Below are positions 1-10,110 of a DNA stretch of 64,000 bases, piece by piece. The stretch comes from Azolla caroliniana (taxonomy: Eukaryota > Plantae > Polypodiophyta): the NCBI GenBank assembly GCA_043228905.1, contig JBHGNT010000003.1, positions 26,102,001 to 26,166,000 of the forward strand. Direction: 5' to 3'. A program made the translations under genes and the position numbers. The stretch's first letter is position 1. Every line of letters begins with the position of its first letter. The notes under the pieces are model-generated. The model did no database searches. It was not told where the DNA came from and saw only the letters and a program-made list of their open reading frames with translations.

Positions 1-30
1 GATATCTGATATAGTATACAAGGTGTGCAA

Positions 31-76
31 GAGAAAGAACTATGTATCAACATCTCTTCAGAGGCCAAAATGATTT
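31..76 (-). mobile_element. Isolated 3' terminus of the RTEX-like LINE family
   Basis: Reverse strand reads CATTTTGGCCTCTGAAGAGATGTTGATACATAGTTCTTTCTC, alignable to the LINE 3' end at ~2960-3015. Confidence 0.5.
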
Positions 77-448
77 ATGATACCACAGGAGAAATCGCAT
101 CTGAATCTGTTGACTTTATCTTGGAGAACAACAAACCAGAAATAAATATGAATAAATAGAGCTCGGATGGACTGAAACATCTTCCTTCGAAAGATCTCCT
201 AAACAAGGAAGGTACCTTCAATGTCAGGTGAGAATGGCATTGATTTATCGATAACCCGGATGATGAGGACACAGTCAAGATGGATGCAGCAGCACGTGGC
301 CAATAAAACTGCTACTGCCTGGTCTATTGTGATTACTTCCAAATATTATAGTTGAACCCCCACTCATGTCACCCTTGATAGTCCTGTACCATGGAAGCGG
401 GAGGGAAGGGTTATTTTGCTAAAGAAGGTTATGAGGGTTTGATCCTAA

Positions 449-570
449 TGTGGGAAGTTTAATGCACTGATGTGCATCTACATCCCTGTACATTGGGAAG
501 TTTAATGTTGGAATACTCACTCCATCTACATCCCTGTAAATTGGGAACTTTAATGCACTGATGTGCACCT
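449..570. repeat. Degenerate tandem repeat of about three units
   Basis: TGGGAA(G/C)TTTAATG occurs three times; CATCTACATCCCTGTA and GCACTGATGTGCA each occur twice. Confidence 0.75.
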
Positions 571-1030
571 TATAGGATTCGTGATCCTTAACGAAGCCCT
601 GGGAAGCATCAAACATCTCCAACAAAATCCATGGAGCAATATTTATATAGCAAGCACTGGCTCCTAGTGCAACTTCATGAAAGACAGTCACGAATAAAAT
701 GAAAAAATATGAAACAGACTTGATGGTTACTGTAGCAGTTCATTTGGACCCAAGAAATGTATATCAATATTTCTGTAATTGGACATGGCTGTACAGGTTA
801 AACAGATGTAGGTCAGTTGGCATAGATGTCCACTGAGACCGTCATATAATAAATTCGTGGGATTTAAACCAAGGTGCATGGAGTAAGAACTTAGAGAAAT
901 AACTAAATATAGAGTAATAAAGAATCTAGATATTTAAGGACTTAAGATTCTCAATGTAGATAGACTACTTCTATCTTTCATAAATCTCCAACATGAGTCG
1001 CAAGCAAGAGATATAACTTTAGTGCCTGGT

Positions 1031-1238
1031 GATAATGCCCTTTATTTGTCAATAACAAGGTTTACAAACTTATGGTCTAATGGTCATGGCCTACATGCAT
1101 AGCCCATTGTTATTGCATGATCTATTCTAACCATATTCAAGACCCCACTTATGTAGTCCTTGATTGACTTGTAGCATGGGGGGTGATGGAGCTAAAGAAA
1201 GTCATGATTGTTCTCTATTGATGGGCTGTAGTGGTTGC
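1031..1238. repeat. Dispersed repeat of unknown class, copy 1 (copy 2 at 56487-56706)
   Basis: Collinear shared blocks GATAATG.CTTTATTTGTCAAT.ACAAGG, CATGGCCTAC.TGCA, TTGATTGACTTGTAGCATG and GTGATGG.GCTAAAGAAAGT. Confidence 0.75.
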
Positions 1239-1244
1239 ATTGTT

Positions 1245-3015
1245 ATAATAACCTCCCCCCCTTAAGTACGACCACACGACTGATAACACTTTAATCTCTC
1301 ATGAGGACCGTAATAAAGTAATACGCCAAGAAATATGGCAAATTTATACTCGGTATAAATGGATCACCCCACTAGAGCCACTCCCATCTAAAATGTCATA
1401 CTATAAAGAACACTTTATGCACTTCTCTAAGTTAGGTTTTATCACGCGACCAAGATATCTAGATGTATTCTTACCACATGCACTAAGGGTTGCCATTGGT
1501 CAACTTCGAATATCATCTCACCAACTTGAGATTGAGAATGGACATACTTATGGAGTCCCTAGGGAGGAAAGGATATGTAGGTTATGCCACATAGAGATAG
1601 AGGATGAGTACCATTTTACATGCAAATGCCCCACCTATGCCGAGATAAGGGCAAAATACCAAGACATACTTAGTTCCTCTCCCACCCTCCCTAAACTACT
1701 AGATACACTAGATATAAAGAAATTAGGTAGATACATCTTAGAATTGAAACAACACAGAGAGAATAAGTTATAAAACATTGATAATAATGTTGCTAATGTT
1801 CACCAACATGTAACAAATGAAGTTTTTCAGGAACAAGGGGAGACAATGAATGTCGACACACCTACACCACTCGGGCTTTTCCTTGATGAAGCAGAAAATC
1901 AAAGAAGAACCAAACGCCCTTGGATGCCGGGTTTCAAAGCAACTCAACGAGATATAGAAGCAATAAAGAAAATAAGGGAACGTTGTCGTGAATATTTTCG
2001 TCCATAGGGGGAAAACCGAGCGGAGTGAGCAAAACCGGGGTGTGCAACGTTGCACACGCACATGATGTTTTTGTAAAATATTAATAAGAACAAATGTAAA
2101 TTGTAAGAAATGCACCACAAGATTCCTAAAGTATAAATGCGATGTGCACTTATGTGCACATCCACATGAGAGAGAGAGAGGTACATAGGAGTACGAGGTG
2201 AGTAAAGGGGCATAGTAGTATGTGTGAGGAGTGGGAGTTAGGGCCCCATCAATCCCTCCTCCAAGAATCCAAGAAAATATCCCCATTGAATGAAGGCGAT
2301 ATTTAGTCTCTCCCTTTTGTAACGGCTTCCTCTCCTTATGCTATAAAAGGAGAGGAAGGGGCACCATTGAAAGGGTTGCCTATTTTGCGTATAAAAGGTA
2401 TACCACTTATTCTAGAGTTCTTACCATTTTAGGGTTAGGGTTTCGTTTAGGGTATCCTTATTCATCCCCGGTTAGGGTTTTCTCATAATCGTTTGGTGCG
2501 GCCCATGCGGCCACCATTGTTGTAATCATTCGTTTGTTTTAATATAATTGGTTGAGCATCTTGCCTCCGCCGATCTCTCCTTCTATGTCATGGTCTTATT
2601 CTTTCCTCTTCTCCTCTTGAGCTAAGCCTCCATATCATATCTTATTCTTTCTCCTCTACTCCCTAGTCTGAGACCCCCGTGGTCCCGCCCCTTCTACACG
2701 CACGCACGTAACAACGCGACAACGTGAACTACACCGCCTAGAAGCCATGGCTAGGGCACTCTACGCATCGGGACCATGGGTCACACCCACACCAAAAACT
2801 TTTGACCTCCCACTTCTTTTTGAGAGACTTGGGTGGAAATGAGATTAGGCTTAGTGCAAAGTTTTGTACACTACTAGAACTCTCTTAGCTTAAGCTATTT
2901 TCTTTTATTTTAGTTTTGATGATTGGATAAACACTCATTTTTGTTGTAAACCAATTGTCTCATGGGCCAAATTTGGCCTTAGAAGACGTTAATATATCTT
3001 TCTTTCTTTCTTTCT
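1245..3015 (+). mobile_element. 5'-truncated non-LTR retrotransposon (RTEX-like ORF2 C-terminus, 3' UTR and (TTTC)n tail), interrupted by a solo LTR, within PMM intron 3
   Basis: ORF 1393-1773 carries LRISSHQLEIENG..REERICRLC..EDEYHFTCKC..Y, a C-terminal zinc-binding motif of LINE ORF2. The frame stays open past one TAA (1771-1773), resumes at 2726 and ends at TGA 2840-2842. The element ends in a GGCCAAATTTGGCC hairpin and (TTTC)n. The clade assignment comes from motif recall only. Confidence 0.82.
1984..2721 (+). mobile_element. Solo LTR (738 bp) with 4-bp target-site duplication ACGT
   Basis: Starts TGTCGTG and ends CGCGACA (TG..CA, 6/7 terminal inverted repeat). ACGT lies at 1980-1983 and 2722-2725. 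TATAAAAGG occurs at ~2342 and ~2389. Removing the element restores the host LINE frame (IKKIRER|ELHRLEAM). Confidence 0.85.
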
Positions 3016-3664
3016 ATGTCTTGTAAGTTCTAGCAATACATTCCCAAGAACCATTGGTCTTCATATTCCTTATCATGTAGGAAATTGCAGACATTATGGT
3101 CCATCGGCACAGGTGGTAGATCTGATCTTCAGTAAATTCGTATGCAAATTCAACATTTTCAATTCAAATCTGACTTATGTAAACAAGTCATGGGCTGCCC
3201 TATCACACTACAAGAGAGAGATGTGTATCCGCATAGAGAGTAACATCGAACCAAGCCAACAAGAATTAAGTCAAGATTAATGAAAATACTAAGCAAAGAG
3301 TAATAGAGATGGGACAAAGATTAGGTAGATATTAATGTGGAGAATCAAAGTCCATGGTGTTCTCGCAAGATAGTATGTCCAGCACAGGCATATTAACATT
3401 TATCAATGACAAAAAGGTTTACGCAATGATTGACCCAGAGATTGGACAGAAATTAGCACATAGATGATGATGATGAAGATGACAGCAATATATATTTGAC
3501 GATTTTTAAAAACATTACCACAAAATAACATGCATATGAACACATCTAGATAAGCTACACAAGGCTTTAAACAAATATGAACAAATAAATTTCTTGTCAG
3601 AGAACAGATTGTGTTTTGAATTCATGATAAAGAAATTGTTTTAAGGTCCAATTTTCATATATAC

Positions 3665-6283
3665 CAGATTTTCCAAGCTGTTCAGATATCTTGGAAAGGT
3701 CAGAACCTCCAACAACACCAACTGCAACAACCTAAAACCATAAAGAAATATTATCATTAATTGAAATTGCAGACAAAATCCAATACAACATAAAGCTACC
3801 AATAAAAGAATAGTTGACCAACATCCAGCAATAAACAAGGTGGACGGATTAATATGTTTCTTCAAAATCTATAAACAGCCCCTTGAACTAGTATAATGCA
3901 TGATGCAATTTAGTTCCTTCTAAATGTTCATCTATGATGTATAGATAAGTATAAGCAGCATGTCTATCCATCTGAAATATGCTTGTTATTTTCTTCCTAG
4001 TGTGATTTTCTATGCATCAGAATGTTGCGCAGGCCACTTATTATGTCCTATCATTTTTTTATCCTTATAGCATGGTTTTTCTTAACTTGGCTTGCAATCT
4101 AGTTCTATGCACAATACTAGATACCAAGGATGGTATGGAACTGGATTCTACATCTATTACTGCTTCTCTCTAAATATGAAGATGGACAAGGTAAGCAATG
4201 AAAACTTAGTGGAGGATGAATATCATTTACTTATTGCATGTTGAGGTATTTTGCAAGAAATATGATGACCTGTTAGACAGATATGATTATTTAACTGTCA
4301 TACTCAATTGTCTACCAAGAAGAGTGAGCACATATGTGCATGTGTTATTTTCATATAGAGAGTTTTTACTACAGTGTAGTAATCCTTTTCTAACGAGTCA
4401 TGTAAAAAGATGATATGTTGATTTGGTTCCATAGTCAAAATTGGCCTCCACACGACACATAAAATTGTTCTAGTTGCATGCAATGACACACTTGCTTCAT
4501 GATGCATCAATAGATTCTTTTATGAATGCGGCCTTATTGCAACACCAATGTATCATGACATGGGGAAAATGTTGAGGTTCACGCTTCAAAATTATAATAC
4601 ATGTGTTGCACCTAACTACGAAACCATATTCTTTGTTGAATAGGGAAACTGCACACATCTAACATGTTAGAGCCCATCTTGTTATCTACCATCTGAAACA
4701 TTGCTTCCATGCGACTTAGATCACACTCAATACAATGTGATACAAGTCTCTTGGAGCAAAGGTGATGAGGTTAGTCAACCATGTACACTTTGCCCGAAAC
4801 AAGTTCAGGAGTTTGAGTATCACACTTTCATACAATGCTCTACCTTTGACCACATTCGAATATGCTTTCCACACATCTATGACTAAACCCAATACTTGCA
4901 CGAATTTCTCTCACAATCACAGTGTGCACTCTCATGGGAGATTCATTAGTAAAGTTGGTGAATATTGAGAAATGCTACTCATTTTCACGTGTATTATTTC
5001 AACATGCTATATTTTTATTCTCATAGGTCATATTTGATCTCCGAAGTCAATAACAAAATCAATCTATCAAAACTCATCAAAACAAAAAAGTTCCTTATAA
5101 ATCAAACATTATAAATTCACAAGAAGTTTTTCAATATAGCCAATTAACAATTACGATTTGGAATAGACCTAGCTTCTACACTACCTGTAACACTTTGTCT
5201 CCAAGTTTAAAATAACAAATACTTCATCGCAAATACTTCATCGCATAGTAACAAGGTACTTTCAATCAAACTGATTGACAATTAGAATTAAAAACCATAA
5301 CAGTACTTCATCTACCTTCCGTAAGTCTTGGAGAAACTGGACCATTTCCTCAGTAACAACCTGCTTATATATAACAGTCAACAGACCTTTATCAATGTCG
5401 AAGCTGAAAAAAAGCGAACCAGGTCTAAACAAGAAGATGAGAATCGGAAAAAAAATGAGGTGCCACGTTGATCGATTAAAAAACCCCACCCATACATTTG
5501 AAAATATCTAATATGTCCATAAGGAAGCGCTAAGTACATCTATTAAAAAAGCTAAATCACATCTTCCGAATTAGCATGGCTCAAGTTAAATATAACTTTG
5601 CAAAAATTTATAAATTGGAAAAGCCAATGTATTCTCGAGAAGATGATTTCATCAGATCTACATAAGAAGGCTAGAATTCTTCAAGATCTAACAAGTTACA
5701 CATAGGGAAAAATGTATTTCCTACATAAAACCTTTCCAATGTTTTATATGAAGAAAATTTAATCAGATCTAGACAAGAAGGTCAGGAACCTTTCCAGATC
5801 TAATAAAAACAATACATTGCTTTAAAAATGTATTTTGTAAACAAAGTTTCACCAGACTTAAACATGACGTTTAGGGTCCTTCGAGATCTAAACAACTATA
5901 AATTGGCAACATTATAATAACTTGAACAACCCATACAAAATCATGTCCATAAGTTTATCTAGCACAATTACTAAGTCCTATATTACCGCTTTAAGCCAAA
6001 AAACAACTATGATGTAGGAATAACATTTTCTTTCTATGTAAGTGAACGAAAACGAGTTATTTTCTATATAAAATCAGAGAAAATGCATCAATGTAAATGC
6101 AAGACAATGCTCACCAGTTCCATACAAGGTCATGATATCAGAATATTTATCAAACTATATATTGTCAGGAGAGAGAAAAAGGAAAGAAATGTTTTTCTGA
6201 GTTAAAATACACGCCTTTCTCGGCAAGGTGAGGGTTCCATCCACATCAAACAAAGCAATGACTCCAGCCTTACGTCCTCCCAT
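3665..6283 (-). CDS. PMM: Phosphomannomutase (eukaryotic HAD-type PMM), first three coding exons; the rest probably lies beyond the left edge of the window
   Basis: Exons 6283-6215 (MGGRKAGVIALFDVDGTLTLPRK, HAD motif DxDGT), 5360-5316 (VVTEEMVQFLQDLRK) and 3731-3665 (VVAVGVVGGSDLSKISEQLGKS) join in frame and match the plant PMM N-terminus. Intron 1 needs a GC donor. No exon 4 (FSENG motif) was found in 1-3664. Confidence 0.93.
4660..5075 (+). mobile_element. Degenerate 3' fragment of a related LINE in PMM intron 2
   Basis: Frameshifted remnants IASMRLRSHSIQC and CTLCPKQVQEFEYHTFIQCSTFDHIR. 3' motif CTCATAGGTCATATTTGATCTCCGAAG followed by an ATCA/ATCT-type tail. Confidence 0.65.
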
Positions 6284-7050
6284 CTTTTCTTTCCCCCAAG
6301 AAAACAAAACAAAGAAGAATAAAAATTAGTAATGACACCAATTTATTTCATTGAAATTTACCACGAATGGAAACAAAACAAAAAAAACAAGCTATTATGG
6401 ATCTGAAAGTTTACAGCTGAACAAATATGTACCTCGGATTTTGTGGAAACCTGATTAAAAACTCAAATCTTCCACTGATCTTCAAAGAAAAAGGGGGGGA
6501 ATATGAAAAATAAAGAGAAGCTTTAGTAATGATACCATTTCCTGTCAAGGAAATTTAGCATTGAAGAAAGCAAAAAATAAAAATAAAAGCTATGGATCAT
6601 CTGAGCATAACCATACAGAACGAGAGAGCGCCTTACGGAAACGGCAGATCTAAAATTACATACCTCTGAAGCCAGACAAAGATATGAAAGCTTCGACACA
6701 GTGACTCGTGAGGAGAGGGCCAGAGCGTCGTTATTTTTTTTATCTTCATGAATCACAACTATGTAATACAAGCGTCTTCGCTTTTTGCTTTTTGCTTTTC
6801 TTGCGTTTTTTGCATGTTTGCCTTTTTACATATAACGCACACACGGTGGGAGTCACCTGCTTTCCATCTCATCTATGTGAGTATTCACGTACACACTCCT
6901 ACGAGGCTTTTAACGATTGCATGTACATACATACAGTGTGTGCCTTCTATTATTTACTTACATATACTACATTCTTCTGTTATACACATACATTTGCGAT
7001 ATGTCATATCACTCAAAATACTCAGTTGTGACCACCACACACTGTTTTGT

Positions 7051-7079
7051 GTAGGGTAGGGTAGGGTAGGGTAGGGTAG
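7051..7079 (+). repeat. (GGGTA)5 repeat, potential DNA G-quadruplex upstream of PMM
   Basis: Five GGG runs separated by TA. Confidence 0.85.
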
Positions 7080-9485
7080 AGTACACTGTGTTGCTCATCA
7101 AGTCATGGCAGATCCCGTTAGCCTACTTACCATTCGTGTTAATTTCGTCGATTCAGACATTGGCATTGCGTCATTCTTCAAATCTCGTGTTGTTTCCTAC
7201 TCTCCTTGTCTTTAGTGTATACAAGATCATGCCCGGTGCACTCATTTTTATAGTTCAAGTCATTTGACACACACTGATACTAGACAATCTATTGTTTAAT
7301 TGGTATACAATATGCCATGTGGACATGGCGTGATAAATTTTGGCTCAAGTGGCACTAGAAGAGTAATTTTTTAGGCTAGTGTGGATGATTTGTTTAAGAG
7401 GCCAATCAGAAGACATGAACATTGGAAAAGCTTGATCAATTTATGTGGATTTCAAGACATAATGATTACACCTTCTAGTGCACATACATACCATTTATAT
7501 AACCAAGCAAGCTTCCCGATGCCTAGAAAATGAACCTTACCTATTCAACTTTATTTGATATAGCGTTGTTGATTTTTGGGCTTTTGTATTTTGCACAGTT
7601 CACGTTCTCTTCACTTCTTGCTTTTTAGCCCTCGTCCTTTTAGGCGAGAACCATGTTCATGCATTTAAATAATTGCATGTTATAATTTTAAAATCTTAAA
7701 AAAGGATATTAACTCAAACATATTTACAATAAATTTGAGCAACTTTACAATCTCCAAGGCCGCTAAATTTGTACACGTTAGAATATTGTGTCTAACAAGC
7801 AATCAAAGAATATTTGAAAGCTGAGGGATGTAGAGTGGCATTAAATTGTCATAGATGGATCACTTACATAATTATGTACTTTAAACACTGAGACTTGGTC
7901 AACTATCATGGCATAAAATAGACACTACATCGAGTTCAACATTCTAAAGTGATATCATCCATGCGACTAGTGTAAACACTTATTTCACACTTCAAAGTAG
8001 ACAATTTCATTATGCCAATCATCCATGAAGTGGTGAGACCTTGGTATCTAAAAAGTAGGTATGGACCTAGTTTGAAGATGGTAGGCCATCATATAGATAA
8101 TGACGATACCATATTAAAACCACTTGTTTCCTTAAATACTTATTTTAGAGTAATTGAATCGTCATAAGCTCACACTTTTAAGTGTCAAATCCATATGTCT
8201 CATTCTTGATCATAGCTGAAGCATTACTTCAACTCTTTCTAAAAAGAACATCACTTTTTCCTCCATGATGCTCTTCCAAGCCATTGCATATGCCATAGAA
8301 TGCCATGTTCTTATATCCTTTTGGTATCTTTGAATACTACTGGTAAGATGGCATCTTCCACTATTTTGAGTTGGCATTTTCGAAGTTTTTAAATTTCTAA
8401 TGTTCCTATTCATAAAGTAACTTTGAAGTCCTATGTATCCAAACACTTTTCACATAATTTTCCCAAGCCTGAATGGCTACAGCAGCAAGAACAATCACAC
8501 TTTGTCCAACACTAAGCTAATTTAATAATAATATAGTAATACCTCAACATAGGTAAAAACCTACATAAGCTTTTTACCATGCAATCTAAATAAGTCATGG
8601 CCTTCTAGCCTTATTTAACAAGGCTTGAATCATAGATTCAAAAACATGTTCCATAAATTTACTTAAATAAATTCTTTAATCACAAAAACAATGAGGTACA
8701 TGAAAACCTACATTTCCAAGAACACAAACCTCAGATTGTATAGAAGCTTTACATGAAAAGGAATGCTACAGAATGAAAACAAGATCAATGTAACACAATT
8801 ATGAACCTGAAATTCTGTACAATTTCGTAAGGCATGTTTATATATATTCTTCATAATTTGCAATACCTCTTCTCAGAATAAACCATCATGAGACTTAATT
8901 CCCTTAGTATCAACCAAAAAAGCAGCTTGATTTCCCATTTATAAGGTAAAAAACGAGTCTTACAAGGTTAGAAAACCTCCCACTATAAAGTGCACATATA
9001 CAAGGAGGAGGGTCACAACCCATAACATCTTCCAGAATATTACGAAATAAATGTTTTCGAGTATATCCTCTCTGTAGATTCTAGTTATACAACGGGCTAA
9101 AAATCATTAGTATGATAATAATAAAAACTGGAACAAAAACTAGAATGATTATATAAAAAAATGTAAATTTTTTGTTGCTGCTGAGGAGTTGACTGTTCAT
9201 ATTACATATTAAACCTACGCATGGAATCCTCCACGTACAACATTAAATAAATAAATAATAATAATTTAAGAAAATCTACCCAGATTCCAACTATGCGTGA
9301 GAAAACCAGATTTGTTCTTACCATTAACAAGAAAACAGTGGAAGCTAACATCACGCCCTCTTTTCAGCCACAATAATACTCATGAACAAATTTGTGGCGT
9401 TTTAGACGGGTGGGAGCACGTTTCAATCATAACCACCCAGTACTTCCGATAAGAAAACACATAATTTACAGCACCATTGAAGTAC

Positions 9486-10079
9486 CTGTAGGGAAAAAAA
9501 TTGTAAGTTAGATTGTCTTTAATGTAACCTAAGTGCTCGAGATAAAAAGAGGGAAACCCAAATTACTTTGAAACTCTCAAATGCTCCTGTCACTTCAGTT
9601 GATGCATACACTAGAGAACTTCAGAGATCCACATGAGCTGATATGTTGGAGGGTGATGGTTCTTTTTGAGAGAGTTGTAGACAGGGTCCTATTTTCAGAG
9701 GGTCTATCTAGTATCAACAGTTCCCTATCTCCATGTCTTTTTGGATTTCTTAAGTTGGCAAGAACTTGGGCACTCTTGTTATTGTATGCCTATGATATTC
9801 TAGCCACAACAGTTACTCTGAACGGCATGCAGAGGCATCTAGATGCATGAAATATTTATTTATATGGCAGTGGACCTTTTGAAGACTTTAATTAGCACTT
9901 TATTTCGATATAACATAGTCTCTCCTCTCTCTAAAACTGTAGGAAAGGAGAGAAATTGGAGATAGGGAAGAGAATTTTGGCAGGTTTGAAAATACAAGGG
10001 GAGGAGAATCTTTGGGAATTCTGTGGAAGTTGGAGATCTTTGACAAATTTCTCATATAAAAATTACAAAATAGAAATAC
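9486..10079 (-). other. Predicted intron in the WNK 3' UTR
   Basis: Donor CAG|GTATTT 31 nt after the stop codon. Acceptor CTAAC..TTTTTTTCCCTACAG|GT ends at 9486. No transcript evidence. Confidence 0.55.
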
Positions 10080-10110
10080 CTGTATAGCCTCTGGAAACTT
10101 GACCTCAGGT

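Noticed and set aside
1768-2286. 172-aa minus-strand ORF
   Set aside because: It crosses the LINE/solo-LTR junction in antisense and shows no recognisable domain.
7900-8480. Possible LINE remnant or 78-aa ORF
   Set aside because: Only vague resemblance; no diagnostic motif is intact.
9987-10010. TTGAAAATACAAGGGG.GGAGA shared with ~48129 and partly ~35431
   Set aside because: Too short to classify; probably the end of a small dispersed repeat.
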